Shown here piece by piece: positions 33,101 to 42,307 of a stretch of 64,000 nucleotides of DNA (the stretch's first letter is position 1; the number at the start of each line of letters is the position of its first letter). Below the pieces are notes generated by a model. The model saw nothing but the letters and a program-made list of their open reading frames with translations, did not search any database and had not been told where the DNA came from. Origin of the DNA: Bacilli bacterium (GTDB lineage Bacteria > Bacillota_I > Bacilli_A > RFN20 > CAG-826). The DNA lies in the NCBI GenBank assembly GCA_017442875.1, contig JAFSPN010000024.1:7143-71142 (forward strand). The letters run 5' to 3'. Both the position numbers and the translations under genes were made by a program.

Positions 33101-33229
33101 AACAGCCGAGTAACGGTTAAAAGCAAGATCATTGCCAATTCCAAGGCCCACACCAACTGCAATCATGGCAAGAAGTGCAGCACCCGAAACAATGAGCCTT
33201 ACTTTGTTTTTAGCAAAAAAATTGCCCAT
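30152..33229 (-). CDS. Glycoside hydrolase family 3 (beta-glucosidase/xylosidase-like), domain-permuted, TM helix at both termini
   Basis: 1025 aa. The GH3 C-domain start (IVLLRNEDSTLPL) is near the N-terminus. FGFGMSYTTF is present. The GH3 N-domain motifs KHFVVNDQ..NR and WGFKGAIITD (nucleophile Asp) are in the C-terminal third. Both ends are hydrophobic. Confidence 0.9.
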   Translation of the reverse strand: MGNFFAKNKVRLIVSGAALLAMIAVGVGLGIGNDLAFNRYSAVISHHLAPNGEPHSAEAEAARNMGNQLARDIEREGIVLLRNEDSTLPLSKSINRVNVFGHGSVDWYIMSSGSEMVGTDGQTSYDLNSALEHYGIEVNQELPTYYKKWKSPVGVENTIFQCLGAYQIREPSLETEAEYQQIYDNARGYSDTAFMVISRYAGENSDCPHYQVKTNGQARDDERTYLQISKEEQDTLTKLGEDFENVIVVINSTNAMQLDFLEDIPGIDACISVGATGVQGALSIPEIIWGDASPSGHLTDTYPYNHEYNITYYRGNTKFTHQYIGGKAQECRTMGTAGGDFYQTSCYVEYNEGIYVGYRWFETADAEGFWDDYGGYDNVVQFPFGFGMSYTTFDWTLTDVDIAPGSNITNEDKINLTVNVKNAGPVSGKDVIEVFLTAPYYDGGIEKSSVKLVAYAKTPELKPLQEANVEIEVDCKEFKSYDCYDDNGNDFCGYEMEHGTYELKLMTDAHHLKDMAKNTLSYKVSQDILIDKDEKTGNTVENRFTGDTAYEEMPIDGSSVDQGGEEGEGIELIHRNNFPELLTEVEENKPWTDKLLNRANGIVAPKSVYTAEMANAWDNATKDYFGNDVPTSKPTWGSTATSHKVMEGGRLTAVGEKLGNPEYWDDPLWDEVLDQVPLGDRDAKGTAIRILTMDTQYKSPGIAAIGLRTNDDGAFQHGEGASQVGNGVMAPSTSCVGYPGSTVLAQTWNQVLAYMFGKSEGNDMGPAGKDALYSPACNIHRSPYGGRNSGYQSEDPYLSGRVVGNIIKGLGVYGRTSFMKHFVVNDQDFNRMGLYTWLSEQALREIYLRTFEEGVKYGDSTGIMTSFNRLGGIWAGGNEALMTGILRNEWGFKGAIITDMTENEENMDSAANLRTGGNINLGGDDSPVVALSASSTARVQHRMRQAIKEYVYAYCHALYKNLTYNASADPSEAVVVAETKQSWQWWKPAIVAADAIVYGAIAIGVFLIAKPFLPFGKAKDEKEAE

Positions 33230-33344
33230 ATTGTTTATTCTCCTTTTTTGTATTCGTCTTTATTTTATTATTTATTTTTAATAAATAGCAAAAGAAACAT
33301 TAGTGATAGCAACATAATCTTGTATTTGTCAAAATATAGGCCGA

Positions 33345-34381
33345 TTATTTATCTTCTAACAATTTCTTTAATTGTTCTTTTGAAGGAAGATTTATTTCGT
33401 ATTCACTAGGGAATATTTGCTTGTTGTCTTCTGGAAGAGTTAATTCCACTACTGAGGCGTTTTTATCTTTGCAAAGCAAAATGCCAATTGTTTTGTTCTC
33501 TTCAGGTGTTTTTACGTATCTATCAAAATAATTGATATACATTTGCATTTGGCCGATATCTTGATGCTTTAATTGCCCTATTTTTAAATCGATAACCACA
33601 AAACATCTAAGAAAGCGATGATAAAACACTAAATCAGCGTAATAGTTTTGATTATCAAAGGATAAACGCATCTGTCTTTTGACAAATGCAAAGCCTTTAC
33701 CAAGTTCAAGCAAGAAATCCTGTAGTTTATTAATAATCTTTGTTTCTAAATCCTTTTCTGTATATATACTTTCTCCTTTGAGTTCTAAAAAGTTTAAAAC
33801 TAGTGGACTTTTATAGCATCAATTGGCTTCTCAATTACTTGACCAACTTGTGCTAACTTTTTTATTTCGCCTTTGTTTCTAGATAAAGCAAGCCGTTCAT
33901 ACAAAGATGAATCATATTGACGCTTCAGTTCCCTAGCACTCCATTTATTAGCGTATGATTCTATTTCATAGAAATGTCTTTCATCACTATTATCAATGCG
34001 TGTTAAAATTACATAATGTAACCAACTAAGAAAGAATACTTTCCCATCAGTTGTTTTATGATAATTATGTGATTGTGCAATCAGTGATTGCGGAATCTTG
34101 ACATTGGAATAGACAAGATAAAATCGACGAATTAACCAGAGATTTCTAATTGAATATCCTCTTCCAAACTCTTTTGTCAATTCTGATGACAATTTTTGCA
34201 ATATTTCTTTTCCATATTCGGCTCTACTTTTGCCGTTTTGTTCTTCGCTAACTATTCTCCTTCCAATTTCATAATAGGTGTAAACCATAGCGATATTTAT
34301 CGCTACGACCGCTCTTTCTTTGGCGCTTTGAAGTAGTTTCTTTATTTCTTCAATAAAAGATATCTTGTTTTCTTTAGACAT
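33345..34381 (-). pseudogene. YhcG/DUF1016-type PDDEXK nuclease gene disrupted by a frameshift
   Basis: The N-terminal ORF (34381-33800) and the C-terminal ORF (33713-33345) join into ..IDAIK(S)PLVLNFLELKGESIYTEKDLE..LELGKGFAFV.. if one base is added in the A4 run at 33809-33812. The C-terminal part has a PDDEXK-like core D..IDLK. Confidence 0.75.
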
Positions 34382-34443
34382 AAAAAGTCCTCCTAATTAC
34401 TAATCGGGAGATTTTTCATTTTTGTCCAAAAAAGTTGAAGCAA

Positions 34444-34471
34444 TAAAAAATACCTAATCTTTGATTAGGTA
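34444..34471 (-). terminator. Rho-independent terminator after ssrA
   Basis: Minus strand TACCTAAT-caaag-ATTAGGTA hairpin followed by TTTTTTATTG. Confidence 0.6.
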
Positions 34472-34483
34472 AAATTTTCAGTT

Positions 34484-34879
34484 TGGTGGAGCCGAGGAGA
34501 ATTGAACCCCTGTCCCGAGAAGGCTCTTCAATAACGTCTACAGTTTAGACGATATTAAGATTTAGCATGCTTTCGTATATCGACTCACTAGGGCATGCGA
34601 GATAACCTAAGTTTCGGTGCTTGTAACTTATCGACTCATCACACCTATCCTTTTGGTATGACAACCTACCTAAGCGTGAAAGGATAAAACCTTAGGGGAT
34701 GCTCTGCCCGGCGCCTAGCGTCGGAATCCTATATCGGTTGCTTAAATTAAGCTAAGCAGAGTTGTTGAGCTCTAGGAGCTCTCATATAACTGTTGTCAGT
34801 TATTTTTATTTTGATGATAACGTCATCACTCGACTGCAGTTAGAGCCTAACCATTCCCGGTCGAAACCAATACGACCCC
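34484..34879 (-). ncRNA. ssrA: tmRNA (transfer-messenger RNA)
   Basis: 5' GGGGTCGTATTGGTTTCGAC pairs with the 3' ...GGGGTTCAATTCTCCTCGGCTCCACCA (tRNA-Ala-like acceptor with G3:U, a T-arm and CCA). An internal tag-like frame ends ...TTA GCT TAA. Confidence 0.9.
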
Positions 34880-34922
34880 ATGGGCCTATATTTTATATTA
34901 AAAAGGATTATAAATGCAACAA

Positions 34923-34954
34923 TACAAAAACCAGGCACGCTAGGCGCACCTGGT
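34923..34954 (-). terminator. Rho-independent terminator after the GH3 module 2
   Basis: Minus strand ACCAGG-tgcgcctagcgtg-CCTGGT hairpin followed by TTTTTG. It resembles the terminator at 29338-29374. Confidence 0.55.
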
Positions 34955-35000
34955 ATTGTTTGTTAATAATTAGAATTGTTTGAACCTTAAGTTATTAGTT

Positions 35001-36275
35001 TTAGATGACTTCAACTTTAACTTCGGCTTCAAAATCATTCCATTTCGCTTTAACAGATTGTTCACCTGTCTTGCTTGTATCAATATCTGTCCAAGTAACT
35101 TGTTCAGGTCTGAAAACAGCAGAAGCAGATAAGTTGTTACGAACAACCATGACGCTCCAGTCACTGCGTGAGAATTCTGAATCTTTTTTGACTTGGATAA
35201 CTTGACCTTCCTCTTTGATCAAACCATTAGTATCGATATAAATACCGATGATTGGATAATAAGGATAACCACTCATCTTACATGTTCTATTGCCAGTCAC
35301 TAAGTCTGTGAACCACATATATGGTGAACCTTGGTCAGCTTTTCTACAAACCATGTCATTACCACTTGTCGCTTTCAAAACCAAGCAATCAATGCCATCT
35401 TCGTTAATGTTATACCAATAACCTCTTTGGTTATTAGATCCAGAATAAAGACCATCTGCATAGACTGTAATATTGTAGTAATTGTAGTTATATTGGTCAT
35501 GATAAGCTTCTGTGTACTTACCTTCAAATTCGTAAACTACCCAAGTGTCATTGCGGTTATTTAGAGCACTATTGACATCTGAAGAGGAAGCGCCTTCATA
35601 AGGATTCTTAAATTCGCTGTCATCTTCTGCGCCTTGTTGATATTTAATTGATAATGGATCGTTTTCATAATCAACCACTAAATCTCTAAAAGCTTCAACT
35701 GGATTATAAACTTTTTCTTCCACTTCTTTAGAACCGCTATTAGAGAACACCAAAACGAGAGCAAAGACAAGACCGACAACACCGACAACACCGGCAGCGC
35801 CAGCTTTGATGATGCCTTTCTTTTCTTTGAGTTTTGGTTCGGCTTGTTCGCCTTCTTCAGTTAAGGAATCAGTGAACGCCACATAAATTGCGGAAGCAAT
35901 AATGATGACTTGTAAAATCACATAGCTTAATTGGATGAAAAAATTGCCACCTTGGAAGTGAACACCGGTAACCATATCGGCGGACACTGGAGGAATTAAT
36001 TCGAGTTCTTTCATGAAAGAAAGGGCATAGCCTGCGATGGCAAATAAATGCACCCATCTGTACTTTGGAACTATCAAAGCAGCGACTTCGAAAATCGCAC
36101 CAGCGAAAGCAAAAATCCAAACCCATTCTGGTCTATGAGTGCTAGCGCTGTTAGCAAGAGAAATATTTTTGGTAGCTAAGAAATAAATACCTAAGATGAT
36201 CGCTAATAAGCAATCAGCCATCATGATGAAATACGGTATCTTTTTACCTTTAAAGAAATTCTTAATCTTTTCCAT
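35001..36275 (-). CDS. Membrane protein (about 5 TM helices) with a large extracellular C-terminal domain, unknown function
   Basis: 424 aa. GGAGGAA RBS. It starts 18 nt after the GH3 stop. The extracellular part is rich in Tyr, Asn and Trp. Confidence 0.5.
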   Translation of the reverse strand: MEKIKNFFKGKKIPYFIMMADCLLAIILGIYFLATKNISLANSASTHRPEWVWIFAFAGAIFEVAALIVPKYRWVHLFAIAGYALSFMKELELIPPVSADMVTGVHFQGGNFFIQLSYVILQVIIIASAIYVAFTDSLTEEGEQAEPKLKEKKGIIKAGAAGVVGVVGLVFALVLVFSNSGSKEVEEKVYNPVEAFRDLVVDYENDPLSIKYQQGAEDDSEFKNPYEGASSSDVNSALNNRNDTWVVYEFEGKYTEAYHDQYNYNYYNITVYADGLYSGSNNQRGYWYNINEDGIDCLVLKATSGNDMVCRKADQGSPYMWFTDLVTGNRTCKMSGYPYYPIIGIYIDTNGLIKEEGQVIQVKKDSEFSRSDWSVMVVRNNLSASAVFRPEQVTWTDIDTSKTGEQSVKAKWNDFEAEVKVEVI

Positions 36276-36293
36276 GATCTATTCCTCCTTTCT

Positions 36294-39200
36294 TTATCCG
36301 GCTACTTCTTCGTCTTTTTTCTCTTTTTTGTCAAAGACGAGAATTGTTAAAGCGAACATCGTGATTGCGGCGGCCGCTAAGACACCAACGCCGATATCGA
36401 CGCCAACAACAACTTTCTTCCACCATGGATTCTTATTTCTAGCGATGAGAGCTTCATCGATAGTAAGTTCTTTCATGGATGATTGAAGCATAGCGTACAT
36501 GATATTCTTGTTGGCTTGTTTGACAAGACGGAACAAATATCCATCATCGCCAACGGCGTTAGCGATACCTCTACTACCGTCTAAACAGAACATTTGTGTA
36601 CCACCATAGAGCATAGCTTTGGTATTTGTATAGGCACTGTTTTCGCCTTGGAGAGCGTCATCGATAACAAAGCCTTCATAACCCCATTCGCCTCTAAGGA
36701 CATCTTCAACAAGTGTTCTATGGCAAGCAGCATATCTACAACCGATTCTGTTATAGGATGTCATGATGCCTAAGCCTTCACCTTTGGTTAAAGCGCCTTC
36801 GAATGGTCTTAAGTAGATTTCACGAATGGCTTGTTCGTTACAGTATGTAGCAACACCTTGTCTATTGGTTTCTTGGTTATTTAAGAAGCAGTGCTTAATG
36901 TTCATGATTAAGCCTTTCTTTCTTGCTGCACCAACAATGTTGGCAGCGCAGTAATAATTGAAGACAGCGTCTTCTGACATATATTCGGAAGCACGTGAAC
37001 CATAAGGTGTTCTATTGATGTTACAACCTGGAGCGTTAACACAAGCAACACCACAGAATAAACATTCTTCAGCGTAGAAATCGCCGAACTTTTTTTGAAT
37101 TTCATGGTCCCAAGAACCGGAATAGATAGCACCGGTTGCGAAACCAGTAGCTTTTCTCTTATCACCAAATTGGAAGGTAGCAAGTAAGCCTTCTGGACCT
37201 TCAGTAACAGAGTTATCTGGTTTTAAGACTTTTTCAACCGCACTAATACCACGGTTATCGAGCATAGAAATGGTCATGTCTTTTAATGACATTTGAGAAA
37301 CGAATTCTTCCCAAATTTCTTCACCGTCCATTGCTTCACCAGTTTTTGGGTGAATAGCGTCACCATGGAGTGGAATATCAACCATATCTTTGAAATAGAT
37401 TTTATATGGGTTACCATTAGCATCTTCGAGCACGCGCTCATATTCAATGCCTTTTAATTCAGCATAAGTTGGAGCATCGGCCGGCTTGGTGTATTCATTG
37501 CCCATATTCATCGCTGCTGACATACGAGAGTTAATGGTCAAACCAGTTAATTTGGTTGGGAAGGTGGTTTGCCAGTTGTTACGGGTTAAGTATTCAAACT
37601 TAAATGATGAATCACACCAATAATTCAAATCAGCGTCATCAAATTTATTTGTGACTTCTTCATCGGTATAATGTGATTTTTTAAATGTTTCATAGTCTTC
37701 TGCAACATCGACTTTAATAGCGGTATTGACACCAGCTGTATAAGCGTTGCCATCGTGGTCTACTAAACCAGTAGCGCCTTTGAGTGCCAAAACGTTGTTA
37801 AGAGCTTCATGGGCACCATTACCAATAGCAAAGTAATAATCGCCAGCTTCAAGAATATATTGTTTATTAACTCTCCAATCGTAAGAGGCTAAGAAGTATC
37901 TATCGAATTTAACAGTCACTGTTTCGCTAGCGTTTGCGGCTAATTCAGATGTTTTTTCATAACCACATAATTGGATAGCGGATTTTTCTAATTTGTTTGT
38001 AACATCCCAATCTGTGTATGGAAGTTGAGCGTAAATTTGAACTGATGATTTAGCAGGATAATCACCAATGTTTTTAACTTTAACTTTAACTTCGTATTGG
38101 TCTGTCTTGGTATTTAATTTGACTTCTTCGATTGTTTGTTCAAATTCGGTATATGATAAGCCGAAACCAAATGGATAAGCGACTTCGCGATCATATGCCC
38201 AATTTGTTTCGCCATCATAACAACCAGCACTACCGTTAGCGTTACCACGATTTAAGATGCAGTCTTCATATCTGGTTTCGTAATATTTATAACCAACGTA
38301 AATACCTTCTTTATAAGTGACATAACCTTTTTCTCTGTCGAAGTCACCAGCGCTTTCTTTACCACTGAATCTAATGTCACCAAAGTTTTGGTAAGCGGCT
38401 GAGTTAGAAGCGTGGGCTGAGAATGTATCAGGAGCATGGCCAGATGGGCTTAATTGTGTAGCGCCTTCTTCATTTCCGTTTTTGCCCATTAAAACATCAA
38501 CGACACCGGCTAAAGAATAATAGCCAGGAACGCCGACGAACAAAACGGCATCAACACCATATTGTGGATCATCGACCCAGTTACAACTCATTGGCATAGC
38601 GCCATTCAATAGAACAATTGTCTTACTGAATTTGCCTGAGTTTTTAATCATTTTGAGAAGTTCAGCTTCATCAGAATTCAAATCTAAAAGGCCAGTTGCT
38701 GGGTCTTCATTTTCGGTACCGACTCTTGTAAAGGTCACAATTGCCGCATCGCGATAATCGTTCTCATAGCTTGCTTTAATAGCGTCTGTGTACTTGCTAG
38801 GCGCAAGTTCTTTGACGTCGTTAACTGATGGATAACCGGCAGTTGTGTTTAGCTTCCAAACTGTTGGGTTGACGGTGAAGCCACGTAATTCAAAGGCTTC
38901 GTTAAGGTGAACGACCAACTTATCATTTGGAGCCGCACCACCAGCACCCGATCTTAAGATCATGTTAGCGCTGTTACCACCGAAGATTGTGATACGTCTT
39001 TCGTTTTCTTCGAGAGGAAGAACTGGATTGCCATTTTCATCTTCGTTTTTAAGCAAAACAGAGCCTTCTCTTTCTTCTTGGACACAGAAATCATAGGAAT
39101 CTTTGATGAGTTTCATACATCCTTCGTTCGTTAATTTTCCTTCTACGGCGTAGGAAGAAAAGTTGGAATCGGAGTATGGATTCTTGATACCAAGAAGGTC

Positions 39201-39308
39201 ATTGATTAGCATTTTGTATTCATCCGTGATGGCAGTAACCGCTAAAAAGAATGTGGTAAGCAAAATGCCGACCGCGGATAAACCTAACCAAAGTTTTGAT
39301 TTTTTCAT
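36294..39308 (-). CDS. Glycoside hydrolase family 3, domain-permuted, TM helix at both termini (paralog)
   Basis: 1004 aa with SVLLKNEDENGNPVLPL, FGFGLSYTEF, KHCFLNNQETNRQG and WGYEGFVIDD, in the same permuted order as 30152-33229. Confidence 0.9.
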   Translation of the reverse strand: MKKSKLWLGLSAVGILLTTFFLAVTAITDEYKMLINDLLGIKNPYSDSNFSSYAVEGKLTNEGCMKLIKDSYDFCVQEEREGSVLLKNEDENGNPVLPLEENERRITIFGGNSANMILRSGAGGAAPNDKLVVHLNEAFELRGFTVNPTVWKLNTTAGYPSVNDVKELAPSKYTDAIKASYENDYRDAAIVTFTRVGTENEDPATGLLDLNSDEAELLKMIKNSGKFSKTIVLLNGAMPMSCNWVDDPQYGVDAVLFVGVPGYYSLAGVVDVLMGKNGNEEGATQLSPSGHAPDTFSAHASNSAAYQNFGDIRFSGKESAGDFDREKGYVTYKEGIYVGYKYYETRYEDCILNRGNANGSAGCYDGETNWAYDREVAYPFGFGLSYTEFEQTIEEVKLNTKTDQYEVKVKVKNIGDYPAKSSVQIYAQLPYTDWDVTNKLEKSAIQLCGYEKTSELAANASETVTVKFDRYFLASYDWRVNKQYILEAGDYYFAIGNGAHEALNNVLALKGATGLVDHDGNAYTAGVNTAIKVDVAEDYETFKKSHYTDEEVTNKFDDADLNYWCDSSFKFEYLTRNNWQTTFPTKLTGLTINSRMSAAMNMGNEYTKPADAPTYAELKGIEYERVLEDANGNPYKIYFKDMVDIPLHGDAIHPKTGEAMDGEEIWEEFVSQMSLKDMTISMLDNRGISAVEKVLKPDNSVTEGPEGLLATFQFGDKRKATGFATGAIYSGSWDHEIQKKFGDFYAEECLFCGVACVNAPGCNINRTPYGSRASEYMSEDAVFNYYCAANIVGAARKKGLIMNIKHCFLNNQETNRQGVATYCNEQAIREIYLRPFEGALTKGEGLGIMTSYNRIGCRYAACHRTLVEDVLRGEWGYEGFVIDDALQGENSAYTNTKAMLYGGTQMFCLDGSRGIANAVGDDGYLFRLVKQANKNIMYAMLQSSMKELTIDEALIARNKNPWWKKVVVGVDIGVGVLAAAAITMFALTILVFDKKEKKDEEVAG

Positions 39309-39458
39309 ACTTTTTCCTTTCTCGCGTATATACGCGTGTTAAAACTTTAAAAAATAATCATTATGGAATATTTTTTTGTTCTTCGTTTATATTTTGTCTT
39401 TTTTAGGTCTCAAACGCGTATGACATTTATGCTATAGATGCCTGTATGAATGCGTTAA

Positions 39459-39490
39459 AGAAAAAAAGCCATCCTTTTATTAAGGTGGCT
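39459..39490 (-). terminator. Rho-independent terminator after the araC-type gene
   Basis: Minus strand AGCCACC...GGATGGCT imperfect hairpin followed by TTTTTTTC. Confidence 0.45.
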
Positions 39491-39504
39491 TTGAATTCTA
39501 ATAA

Positions 39505-40476
39505 TTATTGGTTATCTTTTTCAAACGCTTCAAGAGCGTTGATGGAATCGGAAACACTATATATTGTTTCTGTTTCGTGAATCACTTGTTTTACTTCCAC
39601 TTGCTCCGTGCCCATTCTACGACGATATTCTTTAGGAGTATAACCAAAGTGTTTAATAAACATACGGTTCATATATTTTGGATCAGAGAAGCCAGATTCA
39701 TAAGATATTTCTAATAACGTTTTCTCTTTATTAGGCATTAATCTAATACACTGTTCCATTCTCTTGATATTGACGTAATCTTGGAAAGTGACACCAAATA
39801 AAGAAGTGAATAGATGTGAGAAGTGTGTTGGAGAAAGGTTCTCTTGTTCGGCAAGATCTTGAAGTCTAATTTGCGTTTCAAAATTAGCGTCGATATAGGA
39901 AATAATTCTTTCAATTCTTAAGTTCTTTTGTTTTAAGTTGTTCTTTTGTGCTTCAGAAATGATTTCGTATGGCACTTTTTCATAGCAGCGTGTTAACACA
40001 CGAGCAATATTACCTAATACTTTTAATGGATATAGGTTTTCCTCTAAGAAATAGGCTTTCGCGGATGAAACAAGTAAACCAGTAACTTCTTTGACCTCGG
40101 CTTCTGATAAATAATCTCTTAAATTGCAGGAGTTAAAAACAGTTGTTCTAATTTGTGGGAAATATTCTCTTAAACAGTGATTAGAGATTTGTGCGAATAA
40201 GAATAATGGAGCGGAGTCTTTTTCTCTATCGAGAATGATGTTGCTAACAGGATTACGTGAGTAAGCATGCACTTCACCCGAATTAATAAGATAAATGTCA
40301 CCTTGTTTGATTTCACAAGTATGACTCTTAATTCTAGCGACACCTTCACCACGCAACACCAAAAATAGTTCAAATTCATTATGGATATGTTCTTGTCGAT
40401 GTTGAATGCGATTAACTAAAAACTTAATATGTTTTAATTTTTCATAACGAACAAGTTCGATATCTAATTGTTTCAT
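39505..40476 (-). CDS. AraC-family transcriptional regulator (N-terminal cupin, C-terminal double HTH)
   Basis: ATG 40476 follows AGGAG. The cupin-like segment is HIHNEFELFLVLRGEG..GDIYLINSGEVHA. The C-terminus SGFSDPKYMNRMFIKHFGYTPKEYRR is an AraC signature. Confidence 0.85.
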   Translation of the reverse strand: MKQLDIELVRYEKLKHIKFLVNRIQHRQEHIHNEFELFLVLRGEGVARIKSHTCEIKQGDIYLINSGEVHAYSRNPVSNIILDREKDSAPLFLFAQISNHCLREYFPQIRTTVFNSCNLRDYLSEAEVKEVTGLLVSSAKAYFLEENLYPLKVLGNIARVLTRCYEKVPYEIISEAQKNNLKQKNLRIERIISYIDANFETQIRLQDLAEQENLSPTHFSHLFTSLFGVTFQDYVNIKRMEQCIRLMPNKEKTLLEISYESGFSDPKYMNRMFIKHFGYTPKEYRRRMGTEQVEVKQVIHETETIYSVSDSINALEAFEKDNQ

Positions 40477-40742
40477 TTTTATGACTCCTATATTCCCCAA
40501 AAACAATATTACCACAAAGGAAAGAAAAACGCACAATAATCTTAATGACGATTATGCGTTTTGTTATCCATCACTATAATCATCTTTTGAGATACACAAT
40601 GTGTAATTCTAGACAATTATTTGTCAAAGTATCTTAATAAAATATCGATAGCATCCTATAAAAATGAAGAAAACCGCAAACATAACCATTTTTATGAAGA
40701 AAAGCGTTTAGTTTATGCCTTATTTTGCTGATGTTTCTTAAA

Positions 40743-40770
40743 ACAAAAAAAGGGAAAGATTGGCTTTCCC
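40743..40770 (-). terminator. Rho-independent terminator after xylA
   Basis: Minus strand GGGAAAG-ccaat-CTTTCCC hairpin followed by TTTTTTTGTTTT. Confidence 0.65.
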
Positions 40771-40793
40771 TAATTATTTGATTTAGATAATGA

Positions 40794-42116
40794 CTATTTA
40801 CCAAAGAGGATGTCATTAACGACTGCTTCGAGCATTTCTTGACGACCACTTCCTGGAAGTTCAGGAGCACCCATCTTGCAAGCATAGTCGCTTAACTCTT
40901 TAAGGTCTGTCTTATCGCTTAAGATCTTCTTACCAACTTCTGTGTTGTGGAAGGAAGAGTATTTTTCTTTGATGAAGTTATCAACACGGCCATCTTCGAT
41001 GATTGCAGCGGCTTTTAATAAACCGAGGGCGAATGTATCCATACCTAAGATGTAGGCATAGAACATATCTTCTTTTGTATATGATGGACGTCTGTTCTTA
41101 CTATCGAAGTTGAAGCCGCCTGTGAGACCACCGTTCTTTAAGACTTCATACATACATTGTGTCGCACTGTAGACATCGAATGGGAATTCATCGGTATCCC
41201 AACCTAAGAGCATATCGCCTTGGTTAGCATCGATGGAACCTAACATACCGTTCATAGCAGAGATTCTTAAATCGTGTTGGAATGTATGACCCGCTAAAGT
41301 AGCGTGGTTAGCTTCGATGTTCATCTTGAAGTCTTTATCAAGACCATATTGTCTTAAGAAACCAATCGCTGTGGCAGCGTCGAAATCATATTGATGTTTC
41401 ATTGGTTCTTTTGGTTTTGGTTCGATATAGAAGTCGCCTTTGAAGCCGATTGAACGACCATACTTAACGGCCATCTTCATTAAACGAGCAATGTTTTGTT
41501 GTTCGAATAAGACATCGGTATTGAGTAATGTTTCATAGCCTTCTCTACCACCCCAGAAGACGTAACCTCTACCACCTAATTTAACGGTGATATCTAAGGC
41601 TTTCTTAACTTGAGCAGCGGCGAAAGCGAAGACATCCGCACTATTTGTGGAACCCGCCCCATTGCAGAATCTTGGATTACTGAACATGTTCGCGGTGCCC
41701 CATAAGCACTTAATATCTGTACCTTTCATCTTTTCTAAGATGTAGTCAGAAATTTCATCTAATTCTTTGTTTGTATCTTTAATATCTTTGCATTCTGGGA
41801 CTAAGTCGACATCATGGAAGCAGAAATATTTGATACCGAGTTTCTTCATGAATTCGAAACCAGCATCGACTTTGGCTTTGGCGTGTTCCATTGTGCCAGG
41901 TCTCGCACCGAAGGATTTATCGGCTATGCCCGCACCAAACATATCAACACCAGTAGCGCCTAAGTTATGCCACCATGCCATTGCAAATGGCAAATGTTCT
42001 TTCATTGGTTTGCCTAAAACTAATTGATCCGGATTGTAATAATGGAAAGCTAAAGGATTTTTGCTATCTTTACCTTCAAATTTAATTTCCGGAATATTTG
42101 GGAAAAATTCTTTCAT
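40794..42116 (-). CDS. xylA: Xylose isomerase
   Basis: 440 aa with FCFHD, EPKP.EP and [12 protein letters not shown] class II XylA signatures. Confidence 0.97.
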   Translation of the reverse strand: MKEFFPNIPEIKFEGKDSKNPLAFHYYNPDQLVLGKPMKEHLPFAMAWWHNLGATGVDMFGAGIADKSFGARPGTMEHAKAKVDAGFEFMKKLGIKYFCFHDVDLVPECKDIKDTNKELDEISDYILEKMKGTDIKCLWGTANMFSNPRFCNGAGSTNSADVFAFAAAQVKKALDITVKLGGRGYVFWGGREGYETLLNTDVLFEQQNIARLMKMAVKYGRSIGFKGDFYIEPKPKEPMKHQYDFDAATAIGFLRQYGLDKDFKMNIEANHATLAGHTFQHDLRISAMNGMLGSIDANQGDMLLGWDTDEFPFDVYSATQCMYEVLKNGGLTGGFNFDSKNRRPSYTKEDMFYAYILGMDTFALGLLKAAAIIEDGRVDNFIKEKYSSFHNTEVGKKILSDKTDLKELSDYACKMGAPELPGSGRQEMLEAVVNDILFGK

Positions 42117-42307
42117 ATTTTGACACCTCTTCGATTGTATATTGTCATAAAAAAGACTATGAGAAAGTGATTATCTTGCTATCGTATAAGTATTTTGGGG
42201 TTAAAACGCGTAGCCACATGCATATGTCCTAGTATGAAGGAATTCTTAAATATTATTTACCTTAGCCACATTTTTATTTATAATAATTTGACTGCGAGGA
42301 AAGTAGT

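Noticed and set aside
29000-34483. Direct repeat of the ssrA 3' end (attachment-site scar) that would delimit an island containing the YhcG pseudogene and GH3 module 1
   Set aside because: I could not find a copy of TGGTGGAGCCGAGGAGAATTGAACC or a substantial part of it downstream by eye. The island hypothesis therefore stays speculative, and no mobile_element feature is called.
34762-34983. 73-aa plus-strand ORF, and a 64-aa minus-strand ORF at 34970-35164
   Set aside because: The first lies antisense inside the tmRNA gene. The second overlaps the 3' end and terminator of the 35001-36275 CDS in another frame. Both are spurious.
40634-40885. 83-aa minus-strand ORF in the xylA-araC intergenic region
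   Set aside because: It overlaps the xylA 3' end and its terminator, has no RBS and gives an implausible sequence. The region is better explained as terminator plus araC promoter.
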